From NCBI GenBank assembly GCA_002633005.1, contig NMRA01000319.1:289546-353545 (forward strand): a DNA stretch of 64,000 nucleotides, written 5' to 3'. The position numbers and the translations under genes were made by a program. Below, one piece after another: positions 51,101 to 63,100 of the stretch. This stretch comes from Phoronis australis. Taxonomy: Eukaryota; Animalia; Phoronida. The notes under the pieces were generated by a model. The model made no database searches and was not told where the DNA came from. It worked only from the letters and a program-made list of their open reading frames with translations. The first letter of the stretch is position 1. Each line of letters opens with the position of its first letter.

Positions 51101-54100
51101 TTTTTACTAACAAAGTTTTGTTTATCTTAGCTTCCTGTAGATGTTGCTACTGCTCATTAATGGGAACTCCAGTACACATTTAGCATTGCCTGTGCTAGAT
51201 ACTGACCGTCCATCTAACTGTGTCAGCTAGATGTTGTAGAATGTTTTCCTTTGCAGGGCATGATGATTTTATCTTCTTGATTTCCGTTCCTACGTTTGAG
51301 AAAGGAGGAATTGGTCGAGTTTGACACCATTTGAGTGTCTAATGAATGTTTGTTTTATTTCAATAATTATAATCCTACTTTTTCTGGTCTTTGTCCAAAA
51401 CTAACAATTTTTGATTGTATGATGCATTCACCAGATGGCGCTCTCATTGCATCTGGGCCTTATCATTATGTGTTCTGCAGAAATTATATCCTTTTGTGAA
51501 TGCCTTTGTAGGTTGCTTGGTATAGAATCTTCGGAAGGTCAGCAACAGGAAGTAATGTGAAAGTGAGGCTGAACGATTACTACCTTCCCGGGACTGGAGT
51601 TGAGGTTTGAATTTAAGTTGATGTATATAATTAATTGTCTGGTTTTCTTGGGTTTCCATGGCTGTAAAAAATGATTGGGACTCTTGAAGAAAGCTGCTTC
51701 CTGTCTTGTGAGTACAGAAATCAATACTTTGTTTTTGGTAGCAACTCAAGATTTATGGCACTATCCTGAAATACCAGTGTGCCATACTGATTCTTCTGTA
51801 TTTACCCACAATGCTGCTCATCTGTCCAGCACTGATCCTGCTGTTTGCAAATGTTGTTTCTCCTTGAATTCCTTGTAGACTCCAGACACTTATCTGTGGG
51901 AGTACTGTGTATCATTCCTAATCTGATTGGAGGAGTTTGTGCCTGAAATTTCAAAAAGTATGATATTTTCTTCGTATGGGAAAGGGCAGAGTTGAATTTA
52001 GTGTCAAGCTTCTGTGTACTTAATCGTAAACAAAATCATTGAATAATGCCATTTAACTTGTCTTTTCATGAAGTTTGTCTTTTAAATTGTGTGCAAGTTT
52101 CCGTACCATTGAGTTTGGTAAACAATTCTTTCGTACATAAATGTTTAGGACACAATATGGCCGACAGGTGAAATTTCGTTTTGCCAAGTTTCTCATCTAA
52201 AATAACTTTTCAGGAAAATTTACGTTGCTTTTAGTGTGGTTTGTAAGGTGTAACTGTTGCCAAACAACATTTGAGCATTTCCAACAATGTGGCATGCCTC
52301 AGAAAATTAGAAATGTGGCAATTTTAGCAATTATTTTTATCTTTCAGTAGAATTTTTACCGTAAACACGTTCTCCTGGTATTTTCAGGTACCCTCCTTCA
52401 AGTGTGAACTCCGAGTGTCTGGCCTGACGCCCAACGAGCGCTATGTCTTTGCAGTGGGTGCTTACACGGCCGACGGCGAGTTGATTGGCGGCTCCATAGG
52501 GGAAACAGGCAAGCCTATTCTGGCCTCTCACCCCCTGCCTGTATTGATGGTCTGGGCATACTTAGGTCAGGTGGCCTACCAGACTGGTTGCTATGACATT
52601 GCCACGGATGCGGCTCATGTTCTGTGGAATCATTTCGTAGCGGCGCCTGTCATCTCGGAAGACACAACATATGTGACATCGTCTGGGAATGATTTCAAGC
52701 TCACTTTGCCCAGGTACACCTGTGATACATTGTGTACAGCTCACCTTTCCCCGGTATGCTTGTAATACGTTGATTGTGTTCAAGCAATTTTGTTTGATCA
52801 TAATTTATCTTAAACATTTCTTACATAAATTCATATCAACTATGTCAGCCTATGAATTTGTATTAGTGGTATGATATGGTATAAATGAGTAATGTAAATT
52901 TACTTTTCGGAGCCATCAAGTGAGTGTTATAGAAATCACTAGCTTTCATGGTCGTCGGGTGGAATTGCGGGTAACTGAGGCCTCGCCTGTGTCTGTTACT
53001 TCTTCGTTGTCATGTGTCATGCGATGTGACCAGAACTTATTCACGACGATCTGACAGAGGTCAGATTGCATGACACATGACCATGATGACGTAACAGACA
53101 CAGGCGAGCCCCCAGTTACCCGCCATTCCACCCGACGATGGTCTCGAGATGAGGCTGAACAGTAGTAGTTTCTTTAAAACTTCAAGACTCCAAAAGGTAA
53201 CTTTACAATACTCATATTCTAACAGAGTCTGTGACATGAACATTCATTCTACTGTCAGATATAAGTGGTTGATAACGATTCATATTCGGTTGATGCAATT
53301 TTTTCGTGCAAAGTTCATCATTTATTGTGATCATTTAATGATTTGTTATCACTGAGCAATCGTGATAAATGATTAGAAGAGGTTTTCTATGAATGGTGCT
53401 GAGAATGATAATCAGATTGATATCATAGTGATGATCCTTTATCATAAGTATGATGGTCATTTATCATCAGCCTGATATAAATTCAACCAAAATGATGTAG
53501 TTACTGTCAGGCACTCATAGTACAGACTTGAGATCGGTCAAAAAGTGAGTCATGCACATTGTTCTGTCTTGGTCACAGACAACCATTGTGATTGTTGGAA
53601 TGAATTTTTAACATCATTTTACCTTTTACAATGTCATTTTCTTTCGGTGATGTGCAATGAGTTGTCGTCTTTGTCTTCTTCAAACCACTCTGAGGTAGTG
53701 ATGAAGTAACGTCAGTCCTAAAATCTATTGGAGTCCGTTTCATGAAAAATGTCTTGACTCAAAAATTTGATCTTTCGCTCCACATAACTTTTTTTTTGTG
53801 AAATGATTAAATTTAGTTGAGCAAATGTTCAAGGTCTCTGAACAGTTCTGCATTTAGTCAAATATTGCAACATGTATGTTTTAGACTGAACCGTAAGGTC
53901 CTGGCCTTGACCTCACCCGTTCTCCTTCGTCAATTCCTGGCTTCCATTTTCATCAGCGTTGACACAGCAGTAAAGGAAGATTGGCTGTTTTGTGACAAGT
54001 TGTGTGACAGTGGCTCCCTCTATACTGGGCAGGTGAGATTATTATTTTTATAAAGTAATATTTTTAATTACGTTGTGGCAAAAGTTGCATGATTTTTGTA

Positions 54101-57100
54101 TGCAATATGTTTAATATTAGTCAGCTCGCAATGAACATGTTTTGAAAAATGAGACTACTGTTTTTTCTCTGGAGGTCAATCGAATTGTAGGTTTAGATTG
54201 TTTTGTAGAAATCACTGTCAATTTATGGAACGCAATGTTCAAATGAATATCTAGTCGTTATTCATTTTCCCAACAGCATGTAGGTTTTAGCAAGAATTTG
54301 CACACAGACACCACTCAGAGGCTCAATGGTGGATGATGTTAATTGGCAATTCTACAAAAACATAAGCTCTAGTTTTCAAGAAGTTTGCTGCTTTTTGGTG
54401 TTTTTTTTTACTCGGTCTACATTCCAATGCTTATTACCAGCTAATACCTTGAATACTACTGACCATTCCCCGATAGATCAACCGCCTACGTCAGTGTGAA
54501 CGAATGTTGGTTGCCTTGGAGCTCGCTGGTTGGCTGAATGAAGCTAACCTGGCTATGCAAGCTGTGGTGCAGTGTTACGGTCTACTGACTCCATTGATCT
54601 ACTTCAAGATCCCCTCTGTACCTGCCATTCAGGTAAGTCCATATTATACTGACTCCTTTTATTTCGAAAAGAGAATTTCTATTACGGTATTTTTTTGAGT
54701 CTGACTGCAGATTATGAAACTTTGATACAAAATTCAGGCAAAATTGATGATTTTGATGCGCAGAAAATTTTTAATTATTGTTTGTGAACGACTGTTCCCA
54801 CATGACATGCAGGTAGTTCTTCAAAGGTTACGTTTGGTATCCTCACACAGAGAATATCCCCTGCACTCCATGACCATGTCTGAAAACATGCCAAGAATTG
54901 TACGATGTGTTCTGATTTTGCCCCTCTTAGCATGTCAGTCTTATGTTTCATCCAGGTGTTGGAGCGGTGCCATGCTGTCCTGCAGGAGATCCCTGCCAAC
55001 ATCAGACAGAGACGGACGGAGAAGACACAAGATAGCCTGCAACACATGACAGCCTGCATGACATTCCATATTACAAAGGTACTCTCAGGCCATACACCAA
55101 ATTTCTTTGATTTTAAGGAACACATGCCTGCTTTTTTCATTTAAAGGGACGTGCCTACTTTTACATTTAAGGGGAGTGTGCCGATATCTGTTCCTTTAAA
55201 AAGTGCCAACTTTTATGGCAGGCCTTGTTAACGTGCATGGAAAGTTTATTTTCTTGATTTGATTGTAACTGCTAAGTAAGTATCATTGGAATTGAAAGAG
55301 TGATTTAAATTAACTTCATAACCCAGATGATCTCCTGTATGCAATACGAATTAATGCAATATTGAACTCTTTCTATGCTAATTTAACACATCTTACGCAT
55401 TACTTTATTGGAAGAGAATAACTTCATAGAGTTGGAACAAACTGAGGTAAATAAAATGTGATCAAATTGAAGTGTTGTACATAATTATGGTGCTTTTTAA
55501 AATGATGAAATTTTAAATCTTTCGTAAACTCAGGTGCTGCGAACTTGGCAACAGCGCACTCTGGCCAGCCGCATCAACGATGCCGGGCTCAAGTTGATTG
55601 ATGTAGAGAACACTGATCAGGCGCAGAAAATAACCGACAATAAATCGGAGATTGACGAGGAAGATCAAGAGAATGAGAACGGTGTCATGACCCTGGCTAC
55701 CCTCAAAAAGAAGAAGGGGGCAACAGCAAAGAAACAAGGGGTTGTTGTAAAAGATGACGATGGAACTGGAAACGATGAACTAAAGGCATTGGAAGCACAT
55801 ATGTTGAAATTGTCCAGACAAGGTGAATTACTTGGCAATGGAACTTAAGTTCTGAATTTATTGTTTTATTTAGAGTGTGACGTACTTGCATTTGGGGACC
55901 TTCAAATCTTCAACTTGATACCAAGATAAAAGAATTGATTGTTAGCCAATTGAACTTGCCAAAAATTCTGCCTGTGTGCGCATGTTCGCCAGTATAGGAA
56001 AATCGTGAAAAACTAGCAACACTTCAGGACTGTTTAAGTGTAGCAATATTTTTAAACCCCAAAGAGCTTTGGATAAGAATTTAATATTGACAGCTAAACA
56101 GACGGGAAATGCCCTTTTAAGTATTTGGTAACATTGTTTGATTGGAAGAGGTTTTCGTGAGGTTGTGTGAGAGTCTCTTAATTTTGGAAGTTGGTTCTGT
56201 GAAAGAAGATGGCTAGCCCGTCATGAAGACGTAAAATGTGACTGTTTGCTGTACATGTTCCTTTTGATTAATATCTGGATTTCTGGAAATTTTGAAACAT
56301 ACATGGACTGCGATCCATAGACCCAAGACACTCGCGGAAGACATTAAATTCAATCCCATAATTCAACATTCCAACCTCACCGACCAATCACATAAGTGGC
56401 CGCTGTTGTTTGGGTACCCTAGTAAGCTCCTAAATATACTCATGAAATGCTCACCTTTCATTCGCGTGATTTAGTGTGGTCTTGCGTGATTTTGCTTGTT
56501 TTCTTGCTTTTGCACCTATGAAATGCATGCCTGAACTTTGTGACTTTAATGTAAGCTATTATTTCAGCCCAAAGTGAGCATGAATTGACTGGTAATGAGG
56601 ATCCTAACATCTTGCATGCTTACATAGCTTATCTTCCCAGCAAGATTGCCTACAAGGAAGGTGAGAGTTTTTAGAAGGAATCTCATTGGCTAATATACCT
56701 CAAGAGTGTTGTAAAAGCATTTTCCATTGGACATTTTTTGTCTTTGAATAGAACTTTCTATTTCCAAGGACCTGTCCTGCTGAATAATATCAGTCTGTAA
56801 TCTTTTGAATTTCACTGAAATCATAGTTACATACTTTCCATAATAAAGTTTTTATATAACACAGCACATTTAAGCTGGAGTTGAGGGTATAGAAAAATCT
56901 CACCAGTTTTGATCAAGAAGACAAATGAATATTGACTTTTTGTCATTTTTCGAAATTTTTTAACATTAATTACATCTCTTTGGGTATTTTCAGTGCTGAA
57001 GTTCAAGAGACGCTCTCGCTATCTGGAGTTCTTTGTCCAGGTTGTGCAGAAGAGTCTGAGTGAAGGATTAGCTGATCAGGCCATAGAGTGGTGTGAGGAT

Positions 57101-60100
57101 ACTATCAATTGGGTACATAAGTAAGTAGTGATCAGGCCATGGAGTGACGTGAATAGTGATCAGGCCATAGAGTGACGTGAGTAGTGATGAGGCCATAGAG
57201 TGACGTGAGTAGTGATCAGGCCATAGAGTGACGTGAGTAGTGATCAGGCCATGGAGTGACGTGAGTAGTGATCAGGCCATAGAGTGACATGGGGAGAAGT
57301 GATCAGGCCATAGAGTGACGTGGGGATACTTGATCATTTGGGTATTAAGTAGTAGTAGGAATGGACCTGTCTCTTTAATGATGTCTTATGCCCATGGCTG
57401 TTAATACTTGCATTGAATAACTTTGTCTGAAGTGAAAGGCATAGCTTTGAGCTATCTAGTTATGAGGCCTGGTTTTATTTTCTAGATAGGTCCAATATGC
57501 TGAACTTGTCAACCATTTGTTTAATAGTATTACTTACTTTTCAGGTATATTTTACTTTCGGATAAAACAAGTGACTGTGTGGTGTGAAAAATGACGCTTT
57601 TTAAAATCTCAGTTACTTGACTTTTGTATGCTTTTTCAGAGTTTCAAATTAAATTAAATGTAACCATGATTTTGCCAGCTTTTGATATTAACTTCCAGCA
57701 TCGTTTTAGTAGGATGAGGTAAGCTTGTGTGTGTTTTTTTTTCTGAAAAGTACAATTTGCTTTCAATTCCCGCTTGTCAGTTAACAGTATATATTGTAAG
57801 TGCTTTGAAAATATGATTTGTGCATTTTATTCAAAATTGCTCATTTGACATTGTCTTATTCTTCAGACGTAATGAAATGATCATCGGTAGTAAGGCTATG
57901 GTGATGAAACAACCAGGAGGGGTCATTACTATTGCTGGTGATGATCCCAAGAAGTTTGCAGCAGCCATGATGGAATACTCAAAGGTGTGCAATGTTGTCA
58001 AATGCCTTTTAGAAACCAATTGTCTTTGTCTTTTTTGAAATCTCAAAAGGAATTCCAAATTCATTTACCAAATTTGTTTTTCCTTGTTGAAATCCCAGTT
58101 TTAGACATGCCATCAACTGCACTCAATTTTTTTAAAAACTTTTTTATGTAAAATACTCTTCTGGAAAGCTAAAAGCAAGCGTGTTGGTTCATGTAATCTC
58201 TATTGTGTTTCTTCAGTGAAAGAGTAATCCTTATTCGTGTGATATTTTGTGTTTACTGTTTCTGCTATTAGTTTGCTGCAGATGTGACAAACAGCTGTCA
58301 ACTCTTGACCCATTTTCCAGGACTATCAGAGCCCCAGAGGTAAAGGCCAGAAGGGGGCACCACCCGTTACTGCTGCTTCTGGGATAAAGAAGAAACAGAA
58401 GTATAAGGTAATCATAAGGCCGTGTTTGCCCCAAATGGTTTTTCACGAACATGCCTTTGAAAAACACACCTTCGTCCATTATTTAATGTATACCAATTTT
58501 GATTGACAGTAGTCGTGCAGTTTGATTTGTCAGTCTATGTTTTTTGTGATGATGGCTGGATTTTAATGCACACATTTGAGCAAAGTTTGCATATTGCACA
58601 GTGAACTCTTTGTTTTATACACAGTTGTGTTCCAGGTAGCTAAAAGAATACTTTGGAAAATCTTACATGCTCTCCAATTGCGTCTTCTCAGTCTTTCTAT
58701 TTTTTCCATTGTGACGGAGTCATCGAGTTATCAAACTATCAAGCAATTAATTAGCATATAATTGAAAGTCCCAACCTTTGAAGATGCCGAGTCGTGTAAC
58801 CTTGTCAAGACCACTATCATGGTTGGTTTTGACAACCGTCGATTTCTGCGTTGTGTTTGTTGGGAACACAGTCTTAATGCGATGATCACTGTTTACAGCT
58901 CTATGCACTGGCGCTGATAGCCAAAACGTATAGGGTAAATAATGGTCTGTTTTGATTAGTTTTGTTCCTTTTTGGTAGATGCGTTACTGCTAATTTGTGA
59001 GCTTTTTGATCAGAGGTAAAATGCTGTATTGCTGTGTCTTTGCTTGGACAGTAGATACCTATGGTAATAAGATGATATAATAAGAGTTTGTGTTGCAATT
59101 AATTCTTTTTTGTTTTATTCAAAATCATTTTGATTATGATGTCGCATGTGTAAAATGCCGCTTATGATTCAATCACTCACGTAGTAATTTGAAGTATTTG
59201 AACAGCTGCTAGTTGTCAGATATGTTTATCAGTTTGACGGCAATGGTAATTTATTTCTTTCCTCAACTGAAAAAGTCTGCCGTCTGCCATTAGTAATCGC
59301 GCATCAACAATATTATTTTAGTTGTGACATATCTTGATCTTGCATTGATTTACAATCACCTCATTTGGCGATATGAATACGTTTCTGGTACAGCCAGTTT
59401 AATCATGCTTCACAGATTTGGCTGTAACTTTAAGATGACCTTCAAAATCCTGCTTATTTGGAAATAATTAAGAGAACTTGAATTTAAGATCCTTTGTAAT
59501 TGGCGGTAATGACGGATTATTTGAATTTCATTCCGCAAATTGTCCAAAAGCTTACAAACTTTTTTATCCATCATTTCACATCTTCAGTACATGTCTCAGT
59601 TTGTCTCCTGAAGTATTAAGGCATTTTTATGAAATAAATTTTACCAACATAAGACACTATTATTCCATGTTAAAAGTAAGACCAATGTTTTTGACAATAC
59701 ACCATTCCCTGTGATTGATTTCTTTGCAATATCAGATAACGTTCATGCCAGTTCAATCAAGTGTTTCAATGTTGCTGTTGTGTTTGTTTAAACTATAATG
59801 TGTTGAATGTACTGTGTTTTCCAAGATTGTGGAAAAAGTGTACGAGGTACGTATGTGAGCCATATCTCTCATTTCCCTTCACGCTGAATGAGCAACGACA
59901 ATCTAAACAAATCTTTTCTGCCGCTGCCTGTCAGGGTCATTTCCGAAGTTGGGAAAACAGGGCAACAAAACCTGAACTTGAGTTCCCCATTTGAGTGTCT
60001 AAATTGTGCCCTCAAGAGGGGGCTGTGTTGCTGGTATGCATCCGTAGCACAGTAGGGTTAATTATTAAAAAATAAACAATGTTCTGGATGCATCTGCCCT

Positions 60101-63100
60101 GTTGCAATACCATTTCACAAAGATTGTACAATAGTTGCCAGAAATTGCATTTAGCATTCAATTTTCTTAAGGCTATTAAATATTATGCTGAGATTCCACA
60201 TTTTCTGAATATTTAATCATTATGGTAAAGATGACTGCACTCAAGTGCTTATGAAGAATTTCAAATTCAATGCTATTTATTTTTATTTGTGAAAACAAGG
60301 AGGAAACACGATTTTGGTTTCCTTACGCGATTCTTTGACACTCATTTTTGTCTAAATTTCATAATTTATTTACGACGTCTTTTACATGGCCATGCTTGGA
60401 TAGATGCCCATCCTTGATTTATACAGTCCAAACTTTTGGTTGCTTAATGCACAGTGTCGTCATGTATGCTCATGTCGTCTAATGTGACACACATAGTTTG
60501 TTTGCCTTATCTGCCAAGCAGCACATCATCCGCATTCCGATAAATTTTATTTGCGCAAATAGATGGCTTACGCAGATACAGCTCACCGATCTTTAACTCA
60601 AAATTGATAGTTTGCGTAAACGCTCACCATGACATGAAAAAACTTTGCTTTTAACCACCCATGCTCAGCTTAATGCCCACACTGTGAAATTTTACGTTTT
60701 CAATTTAATAACCCAAACAAAGGCAACATGTCTTAAATTTACAAGATTTCTCCCTGTAAGTTAAGAGAACCTTACACTGCTTGACCCATTGTCACCATGC
60801 ACCACCAGGTATTTTAGTACACCAATGACGCTAATCAAAAATAAACACTACTCCTAGAATTCATGTTTCCCAAGTCTGCGTACAATCAGGGCTTAGCCAA
60901 CATATTCCACATAAACACTGAACATTGGAAATTGGATGAAGTGAGAGCATTGCTACACGGCATGTATGAAATATGTTTTTATTTCTGCCAAGTGCTCTAG
61001 ATGAAGTCAATGTCCCCTTTGCTGTTACTTCAGCAGTGGGTCATACATTCAACTGTTGATAGCCAAGCGTTCTGCAGGTATTAGCATTAGGCGCCTCATG
61101 AAAAAGCCGAGGTGTGGCCGAGACACCGAGTTCTTGATTAAATCTATGGAGATGAAAGGTTCGGTCTCAGACTTTAAAACTTGTGAATCTTGCTTCATGA
61201 AACTGCCTTCATTATAACAATTATTTTCTGCCCTAATAATACAATTATTTCCACGGTGTGTTTGATGAAACTCTGCCACTTTCATGGATCTCTTTCAAAA
61301 CTCAACTTCTTGACTTGTTGAATTCGTAAAAGCATCATTAGTTTCATTTTCCTGCAGTTAAGTTATGATAAATGATAACTAAGTTCAGTGCTAAACCAAC
61401 TGATAATTCTACAGTTGCTATAAACTTAAAGCTACAGTTATGTTCACTGATGTTTTGCTTAAGACTGGATCTGAAATTCAATCTTTTTCCCCGTGGGTGA
61501 CAAATCCTCATTTAAAAGTTGAAATTTTTTAGTAAGAATACATAGATTAAATGCTCTTATTGACCAAAAAATAGTATAAAACACTCACGAAAAGATGTCT
61601 GAGTTGGTTCAAAACTCCATCAGCATCATATTCCTTTATTGCTCATCAATTCACACATCTTTTCAAGGCAGTGTTTTTCCAGGTTTTCTTTAAATGCCCA
61701 AGAATAGTTCTTTAACATTTTAATTACTTTGCTTTCAGAAGTTCAATGATGATAGTAGTATTTCTTATCAGCATCATTGAAGTGGCATAAAACTTTTTTG
61801 TTTGGTAGACAAAATAACCTTATAAGAGTCACTGTTAGCTCTAATAAATATTGTCCACTATAGTTTAGGCACCATAATTTCATTCACACAACCACCAAAG
61901 TTCATTTTAAGCTTAAGTATTCCTAAATCCTCTCCTAGGATGTATCATTTATAATCATTTACAGTCGGACACAATCAGCCGACGGCATTAAGATTGATTA
62001 CCAAAGAATTAAGATGTTTATTTTCACTCTTTGCTCTTTTGATGCCAAACTGAACTGCCCCAATAATAACATGACCCCGAAGTCCCTAAGATTGCTTCAC
62101 AGCAATTTTGTGTTATTGGTCTGATTCCAAAGTTTTTTTTTAACTATTAGAATTTAGCAACTTCATTGCTCACGCCGTAGTTGATGTTTCCATTTGTCTG
62201 TGATCGCCATTTACAACAGGTACTGCACACCTACCCTGGCATGCCAGCCGCTGACAAGCAGGCCCAGGAAGAGCGAGAGCTGAAGGCTCTGGAATGTCTG
62301 ACCCTCCACTTCCCGGACCTCTGGCGAGGCTCCAAGAGACGACAGCGGTTTAGGAAGGTCTCGACTTATGAACTCCCTTGGAGGAGCCAGGTGCGTCTTT
62401 AGTTGAATGCTGTATTTAAGTTACACGATTTTGTGTGTTCGGTTAATTTGTAGTACAAATTGATGAAATGTGTACTAGGTTGTCTAGTTTTGTCAAAATT
62501 ATGACAGAAATCATGAAGGATACCTGAAGGTCAATAGAATACAAAGTGAACACATGGGAAAAGCTTAAAATTCGTAGTGGATTAAATAGCAAATTTTCTG
62601 AGATGAAATAATTTCTTACTTTTCATCTGACAGCATGCAAAGTGTCTAAACTGTTACCTTAACAAGAGCATTGATTAAGCATAACACTGAACTTCTCAAA
62701 TTTTACAATAGACTAGGTTTTGCATTGTTTGTGGTGATATTTAGCAGACAAAATTCACTTACTACAAACTTTGTTGTGGAGGATTCGGACATTTCCACCT
62801 CATTCATTGAAGAACACCCTTAGCTATATGGCAGAAATGCCCAAATCTTTCACAACAAAATTGTTCTTAGTAAGTCAGTTTCTTAGTTTTATTATTAAAT
62901 TTTAAGTCTTCACAAAGAAGACTTTACAAGTATTGTAACCACAACTTATTCAGAATCAATTTTGATTTGACCAGTTCTATTAATACGCATCTCATTTCAG
63001 TATGGTATTGTGTCTATTTCAGCTGAACATTTATCAAGGTCTTAGTCACTTTGGTGTTTTCCTCATGAAACTAGAGCTGAGAGAGAAAGTGCTTGGTAAC

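Noticed and set aside
57125-57356. CRISPR-like 28-bp repeats
   Set aside because: Head-to-tail with no spacers, and derived from the adjacent exon.
61034-61077. Additional small CFAP54 exon (cagCAG..GCAG|GTatta) with slight similarity to the 58899 candidate
   Set aside because: Its length of 44 or 41 nt breaks the frame in a phase-0 intron, and the similarity is too short to be meaningful.
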